From positions 1 to 64,000 of the IMG/VR virus record IMGVR_UViG_3300020477_000013: 64,000 nt of DNA. One strand, 5' to 3'. A program made the position numbers and the translations under genes. Position 1 is the stretch's first letter; each line of letters starts with the position of its first letter. Source of the stretch: a virus (Duplodnaviria > Caudoviricetes). This document shows positions 58,642 to 64,000 of the stretch, piece after piece. Under the pieces are notes generated by a model. That model searched no databases, was not told the DNA's origin, and worked only from the letters and a program-made list of their open reading frames with translations.

Positions 58642-61600
58642 TGGGTAAAAAGATCAACACCGGAGGCCTTGACGACTCTTCTACTTCGTACGTTATAAAG
58701 AATAGTGGTGAACCGTTCCAGGCCGGTGATGATCTAACTACTGAGACAAAGGAGACGCTAGGGTCTTACCTCAATAAGATACAAAGTGATAGTGCAAATG
58801 CATTCAAGGTCACGAATGTATCTGGGTCTATGACTCCGAAATTTAATCCTCCTCCCATCCCTAACACGACTCCCTCGATAGTTGTGGGAGGCTTTAGCGA
58901 CGATGGTGTAGAATCTTTCATGGAGGTAATCAATAGTATTACTGCGGATTCATGGTCACCGGTCGAGCAGCTTGGTGATAGCTTAAATGGTAATTTTGAA
59001 GATATATCAAAATTTCTAGATAAGGCTGTTAGGTCCGTCGAGGGTCACACTCTTTTAGCTAATGTTGAACCATATGGTGGTTATCAGGGCACAGGCGAAG
59101 GCGTAGGCACAGGGCGCTTCGGCCAGAAGGACCCGGGGTGGGTTCCTGAGACACCAGACGGCGAATTAGTTCCTCCCCATAGAAAGATGCAGAAGCAGAT
59201 CCAGGGAATCTTGGGACACAATCGCTTTAGCCCTGGTAGCGAGAGTCCATTTATTAGGGACGGTTCGTCATCCGTGTCATACGATGACGCGGGTAAGAGG
59301 AATTCTGCTGATCATCTTGTAGGTTATGTCCAGGATGAACTTGGTGTGTGGAAGAGTGGTCCGTCTGCGAAGGCTATTACATTCAATGAAGTAAGAGAGA
59401 TCGGTTTAGCACTAATGGTTAGGGCGACAGGCCATGAATACATGGATGACGGTACACGTACCGGTGCACTTAACGTTGCGAATGTAGGTGATGCATTGCT
59501 GGCGCCGACAGGTGTACAGCTGCAGATCACAAGGGTATGGACAGACAAGATAACGACAAGGGATGTTATGAATGACCTAGGCATCTATGGTGACCTGGGT
59601 CGCTTTACCATTCCTGATTCTGAATTTCATCCGGGCATCGATCCTGCAACAGGGCAAATAAAAGATGACAGGGGGGATGAAGGGATATTTGGGTATAAGG
59701 GCCCTAGCGCTAATGCATCAAGTTACGGTTCTTTAAATTCTCCGCACGAGCCATTTGACGGGCCGGCTCCCCTAGGGATGATTATTCTTGCTGCGACTAC
59801 AATCGTCAGCATTATACTAATATCATGGGGTATTAATGCTGCTATTGGTACCGCTACCGGAGCCGAAGCGGCCGGTGTGAAGGCAAAAGACAGGAGCAAC
59901 CTAGACGCCCTAGGACGTTCCCCTGCACCCACATGGGGAGGTACTTATGGTAAGTCATCGCCCAAGACGGAGAGTTGGAATTTTGTATTACAGCTTTTGG
60001 GTATTCCTAATTTGACAAACCGATTCGACGCATGCTTTTTTCATGGAATACAGGCATTTTACGGATTTGCAGAAGGTGACCTAGAAGAAATGACGTCAGG
60101 GAACTCTAACCCTACTCCTGAGTTTATTATCGAGTCTGCGCTCAATCTGTTATTGTCTTCTGGCTACTATGCAAATATTATGAGGGCTGTTGCAAGGGAT
60201 ATTGAGCAAATCACACATGCCGGTGAAAAGATGGCCGCTGATATTCCAACGGCACCTGTCACTGCTGGTTTCGAGGGTGTTTTCGGGATCATTGAGGCTC
60301 TTGTCACTTCCACTACGTGGAGGTTTATCATGACGATATGTACTATAGGTGACAAGGTGATTAACGCAGATTTCGGCGTCATGTCAATTGTCCCTGGTCG
60401 AGGCCAGGTACTTTCAAAGGCAAAAGTCTACCCATCGAACCGCATTTACAAGAGCAGAAAGCACCAGGGTCAATCCACCCTTGCATGGGCACAATCTCAA
60501 GTGCCTTCTTTATTTTTGCTTCCAGCCGCGTTCCAGACAGCTGTTACAGAGATGGGTGCCATGGCACCGCAATATGGCGTCACGAAATTTGCTGCTATGG
60601 GATCATCGGATATTGACAAGTACACCGGTACAGGTGCGGTAGTTATAGCTGGAAAGAGCATAAAGGGAAAGGATGGCAAATCAAAGTCAGCCAGCATTCT
60701 TTCTTCTGAATATGTAAGGAAGATGGAGGACTGGCTGGAGTCCGAATATTATCCATTTTATTTTCATGACTTACGAACGAATGAGATTATCGGCTTTCAT
60801 GCATTCTTGTCTTCTCTTGGTGAGTCATTTTCACCAAACTGGAACAGTACCGGCGGCGTAGGCAGGATAGATGATGTTAATACATATGTAAAGACAGATA
60901 GGACGATAGATATTTCCTTCGTTGTTGCATCTACAAGTAAAGAAGATTTCCAGAACATGTGGTGGAAAATAAACAAGCTTGTTTCGATGGTTTACCCACA
61001 GTGGACGCCAGGTAAAATGATGGAGGGCCCGTCTGGCCGACGATTCCGCATGCCGTTTTCCCAAATTCCATCGGCATCTCCAATCATTCGGATGAGAATA
61101 GGCGATATGGTAAAATCTAATTACTCTAGGTTTAATCTTGCTCGTCTTTTCGGGGTGGGAGATGCTGCAGTAAAGGAGGCTTTTTCAAAAGCTGCTGGTG
61201 ACGCAATTACCGCCGCCCAGGTTAAGAAGAGAGATGATAAGATATTAGAGCTTAAAGCTGCGAAGATATCGGAATTTAAAAGTGTCTACGATACCGTCGA
61301 CGATGGGGAACCTAGTTGGAAATGGGTAGAGGGCATGATTGTCCAGCCTAAAAAAGATGTGACGATCCTGATTACTGAGCGTGACAAAAAGGGGAACGGC
61401 GCTTACGAGAAAAAAAACTACAGAAAAAGGAAGGGTGCACCTGGAATGTATGCCATTATTGACAAGGTCCACCCCCATCCTGCACCCTCAGAGGATGCAA
61501 CACCTGAAGAATACGAAGCCTGGTTAGAATCATCTCCAAAGTTAGACGTAATTTTTCAAGATCCCGAAGTTACAGATAGTCCAGGCCATACGTATATTGT

Positions 61601-62195
61601 GGGCGGAAGTCACTCGAAATTTAAACTAAAGGCACCGGTTATGGACGGCGAGAATTTCGTCGGTGTTCCGGAACTCATGTACCTCAAGAAGTGGAAAGCT
61701 GATATCGTTAAGCAGGCAAATGACGAGGCATCTGTCAAGCCTCCAAAAGATCCTGCCTCTGGGTTAGATAAATTTTTTACTGATGATAATGCCGTTGTTA
61801 GATCGTTTGAGGCAACAGCCGGCCGAGGCCTCGCTGGCGTTATCACGAGCCTCACATTCGATTACGCAAACAGCACGTATGAGACAGAAATGGGTAATAG
61901 GGGCGCAAAATTCATGACAGTTAACCTGGCCTTTAAGGTAATACATGATATCACACCCGGTCTGGCACATACTGGTATGCTACGTGCACCTACACACCCT
62001 GTTGGGGACATTGTTAATCAGACATTCGGCGAGCCATGGGAGACCGATGGCATGATGTCAAAGAAACAGGCATATAAAAATCAACAGCTCGGCCTTAATC
62101 AACTGTATTCAGAAGAAGCGCAGGATGGAACAAAGAAACCTGCAGATGCAGATAAGGCAGTCAGCCCAAAGAATCCAGCTAACCCAGGGTCTTGA
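58641..62195 (+). CDS. Large baseplate/tail-tube-initiator-like protein (gp48/gp54-like domain in C-terminal half)
   Basis: PFYFHDLRTNEIIGFHAFLSSLGESFSPNW...GRID...RTIDISFVV...SPIIRMRIGD...GLAGVITSLTFDY. Position after tape measure. Confidence 0.65.
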   Translation: MGKKINTGGLDDSSTSYVIKNSGEPFQAGDDLTTETKETLGSYLNKIQSDSANAFKVTNVSGSMTPKFNPPPIPNTTPSIVVGGFSDDGVESFMEVINSITADSWSPVEQLGDSLNGNFEDISKFLDKAVRSVEGHTLLANVEPYGGYQGTGEGVGTGRFGQKDPGWVPETPDGELVPPHRKMQKQIQGILGHNRFSPGSESPFIRDGSSSVSYDDAGKRNSADHLVGYVQDELGVWKSGPSAKAITFNEVREIGLALMVRATGHEYMDDGTRTGALNVANVGDALLAPTGVQLQITRVWTDKITTRDVMNDLGIYGDLGRFTIPDSEFHPGIDPATGQIKDDRGDEGIFGYKGPSANASSYGSLNSPHEPFDGPAPLGMIILAATTIVSIILISWGINAAIGTATGAEAAGVKAKDRSNLDALGRSPAPTWGGTYGKSSPKTESWNFVLQLLGIPNLTNRFDACFFHGIQAFYGFAEGDLEEMTSGNSNPTPEFIIESALNLLLSSGYYANIMRAVARDIEQITHAGEKMAADIPTAPVTAGFEGVFGIIEALVTSTTWRFIMTICTIGDKVINADFGVMSIVPGRGQVLSKAKVYPSNRIYKSRKHQGQSTLAWAQSQVPSLFLLPAAFQTAVTEMGAMAPQYGVTKFAAMGSSDIDKYTGTGAVVIAGKSIKGKDGKSKSASILSSEYVRKMEDWLESEYYPFYFHDLRTNEIIGFHAFLSSLGESFSPNWNSTGGVGRIDDVNTYVKTDRTIDISFVVASTSKEDFQNMWWKINKLVSMVYPQWTPGKMMEGPSGRRFRMPFSQIPSASPIIRMRIGDMVKSNYSRFNLARLFGVGDAAVKEAFSKAAGDAITAAQVKKRDDKILELKAAKISEFKSVYDTVDDGEPSWKWVEGMIVQPKKDVTILITERDKKGNGAYEKKNYRKRKGAPGMYAIIDKVHPHPAPSEDATPEEYEAWLESSPKLDVIFQDPEVTDSPGHTYIVGGSHSKFKLKAPVMDGENFVGVPELMYLKKWKADIVKQANDEASVKPPKDPASGLDKFFTDDNAVVRSFEATAGRGLAGVITSLTFDYANSTYETEMGNRGAKFMTVNLAFKVIHDITPGLAHTGMLRAPTHPVGDIVNQTFGEPWETDGMMSKKQAYKNQQLGLNQLYSEEAQDGTKKPADADKAVSPKNPANPGS

Positions 62196-62207
62196 TAGGA
62201 GTAGATT

Positions 62208-62504
62208 ATGGCATTTTCAAGATACGATCGTTCACCTAAAATAGATTTAGGTAAGATGGTGGGTACATCAAAGTACATACCGGTCTTACAACAGGCTATA
62301 AAACTAGGATTAATTGAGGTAGAAGATGTAGTAGTTTCAAAAGCTCAGCGTCTTGATGTTGTCGCCGGACGAACCTGGGGAGATGGTAGGTATTGGTGGA
62401 TTATCGCTGCTTGTTCCGGAATAGGCTGGGGAATGCAGGTGCCTCCCGGTACTGTTCTAAAAGTGCCTATAAATTTGGGTGATATAGAGAGTTTAGTGGG
62501 GTAG
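62208..62504 (+). CDS. LysM-like / tail protein X-like baseplate protein
   Basis: QRLDVVAGRTWGDGRYWWIIA...VPPGTVLKVP. Confidence 0.75.
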   Translation: MAFSRYDRSPKIDLGKMVGTSKYIPVLQQAIKLGLIEVEDVVVSKAQRLDVVAGRTWGDGRYWWIIAACSGIGWGMQVPPGTVLKVPINLGDIESLVG

Positions 62505-62511
62505 CGTTTAT

Positions 62512-64000
62512 ATGACTGATAGTTACGATAAGGATCTACAGCAGATAGGAAAATATTTTGGCGTTCCCACACGTGACAGTAAGGTTATGTTTCTACAGAG
62601 CCTTGAGGCACTTTCGGGCGAGTCATTTAATAAGCTGGTGGGTTCTTCAAATGAGCTAGATAAGATGATCTCAAGTATCCAGTCACCTACCACACTCGGC
62701 CCCTCCGCCAGAGTAATTTACCAGCAACTGAATAATTTATCAACGTCAAAAAATAAAGATGCTGCAGGCGCTGCGATCAAGGATGTTGTCGGTAAGATGA
62801 TTGACGTTACTTGGGTGCACCCACAAACCGCTACTCACCCTGGGATAAACGAGTATATTAACCCTGTTTCAAGCTTTTGGACACAGGGGACTCCGGATGG
62901 TAAGTCTAATACGCCGGCAACGATCAAGAGTATGATGTCTGAAGAGACTCTGGGCGACATTAATAGCAAGCATTTTAAGCCTACCCTGACAGCCCCTAAT
63001 TTGTCGGTAATACAGATATACGACTCTAGACGAACACCATCTTCTACAGATACGGGCGCAGTACAACTTTTCTTAAATTCTATACCCACGATAGAATTAA
63101 GCATGTGCGTTCCATTTTTGGATGTTACTGTTGTCGAGAAAGGCCCTGCCTTAGATTATAATAATAAAGTACAGTCAATGGGTATAGTTCGTACACTAAT
63201 GGGCACGACGAATGTTGGTACTGATCAAAGTCATCCAAACTGGATCCTTGCGAATGCTGTAGATTCAGGGGTTCTGTCAACAATTAGGGAAAATGAACGT
63301 GCAATTCAGAATGGCGTTAACAAGGCTGGTAGGATTGAGACGACCGGGCAAGGCAAGGGCGTTTTTTCTTTTTCTTCTTCTGGGATGGAGATGTTTCTAG
63401 CTCCCCAGACTCTTACACCAAATGATGTATACCAGGATAAAGCAATAGGCGTATCGCCAAGTGGAAAAAATAAAGCATCTGCAAATAAGTCTGAGGCTGA
63501 ATCCGCTCAAGCAAATTCTCAAGCTGGAGCAGGTGGAAGGCCGGCCCCTATTTTAGATAGGTTTAGGCCGCTAGCATCGATTGAGTCATTCAACGTCAGT
63601 ATCAAATCCACCGTGGGGTTTTTATCATTTAAGACTGCTGAATTAGTCATAGTGTTACATGATCGATCTCGCCTTCATGAAATTGCCCCCCTTGTCCGGC
63701 CTGATATTTTCGGTGCTGGAAAAGTTAGGATGATGATTGAATATGGTTGGTCTCATCCAGCAGGAAGTCATAGTACACACTATAGCTTTTTCGGAAGGTT
63801 TTTAGACGGGCTTCGTGTCAAAGAGATGTTCAATGTTGTAAATTCATCATATTCTTTTGACGAAGACGGGAGTGTCAAGATTAGCCTGACACTGTCGACG
63901 GCCGGGGGTACATCGCTGGGAGCGATTATGATTCCTGAGTCGCCAAAGCTTGCTCAAGCAAGGGTCGCGATGGACAACTTGGTAGAGGCAATTAATAGGC
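62512..64000 (+). CDS. Baseplate hub-like protein (gp27/gp44-like), 3'-truncated; absent from the ORF track
   Basis: ATG at 62512, open to the window end in the stretches I translated. LASIESFNVSIK...AELVIVLHD...IEYGWSHP...FNVVNSSYSFDEDGSVKISLTL. Confidence 0.65.
   Translation, partial: MTDSYDKDLQQIGKYFGVPTRDSKVMFLQSLEALSGESFNKLVGSSNELDKMISSIQSPTTLGPSARVIYQQLNNLSTSKNKDAAGAAIKDVVGKMIDVTWVHPQTATHPGINEYINPVSSFWTQGTPDGKSNTPATIKSMMSEETLGDINSKHFKPTLTAPNLSVIQIYDSRRTPSSTDTGAVQLFLNSIPTIELSMCVPFLDVTVVEKGPALDYNNKVQSMGIVRTLMGTTNVGTDQSHPNWILANAVDSGVLSTIRENERAIQNGVNKAGRIETTGQGKGVFSFSSSGMEMFLAPQTLTPNDVYQDKAIGVSPSGKNKASANKSEAESAQANSQAGAGGRPAPILDRFRPLASIESFNVSIKSTVGFLSFKTAELVIVLHDRSRLHEIAPLVRPDIFGAGKVRMMIEYGWSHPAGSHSTHYSFFGRFLDGLRVKEMFNVVNSSYSFDEDGSVKISLTLSTAGGTSLGAIMIPESPKLAQARVAMDNLVEAINR

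Noticed and set aside
132-63104. All other minus-strand and nested alternative-frame ORFs in the track (e.g. 3307..4044, 29787..30314, 56904..57416)
   Set aside because: They lie fully within well-supported + strand genes, have shadow-like composition, and show no recognisable domains.
1-64000. tRNA genes, CRISPR array, integrase or IS elements
   Set aside because: Intergenic gaps are short (at most about 140 nt). I saw no cloverleaf/T-loop, regularly spaced repeats or transposase motifs.
1-64000. Stop-codon reassignment
   Set aside because: Conserved genes (terminase, portal, MCP, sheaths) are full-length in the standard code, and TAA, TAG and TGA all serve as stops.
44595-64000. Extracellular contractile injection system or tailocin rather than phage
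   Set aside because: The same operon set includes terminase, portal, protease, scaffold and MCP.

Overview
A 64-kb segment of a large T4-superfamily (myovirus, jumbo-phage-like) genome. All genuine genes are on the + strand, tightly packed, in the standard genetic code, and many have GGAG Shine-Dalgarno sites. Gene order: 5'-truncated fibre protein; a ~19-kb block of large non-T4 virion/baseplate-type proteins (two paralog families, FN3-like and LamG domains); RuvC, primase and a single-chain SbcD-SbcC (Mre11-Rad50) fusion; terminase, portal, prohead protease, small head-core proteins, ribosomal protein bS21, scaffold and major capsid protein; an accessory island (Lys-rich protein, stand-alone PAS protein, membrane-anchored coiled coil, two tandem decoration-like paralogs behind a structured leader, FtsZ/tubulin-family GTPase); neck proteins, two tandem ~1100-aa sheaths, tube, a chaperone pair, tape measure and baseplate hub genes (3'-truncated). 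Most notable: (i) a tubulin with no C-terminal tail whose N-terminal leader is shared at DNA level with a nearby basic protein; (ii) a candidate programmed +1 frameshift at UUU-UUU-UGG in the tail chaperone; (iii) an orphan PAS sensor in the late region; (iv) bS21 inside the head module; (v) a recurring ATANTTA late-promoter-like motif. All functional calls come from motif recognition and synteny by eye; no searches were run.
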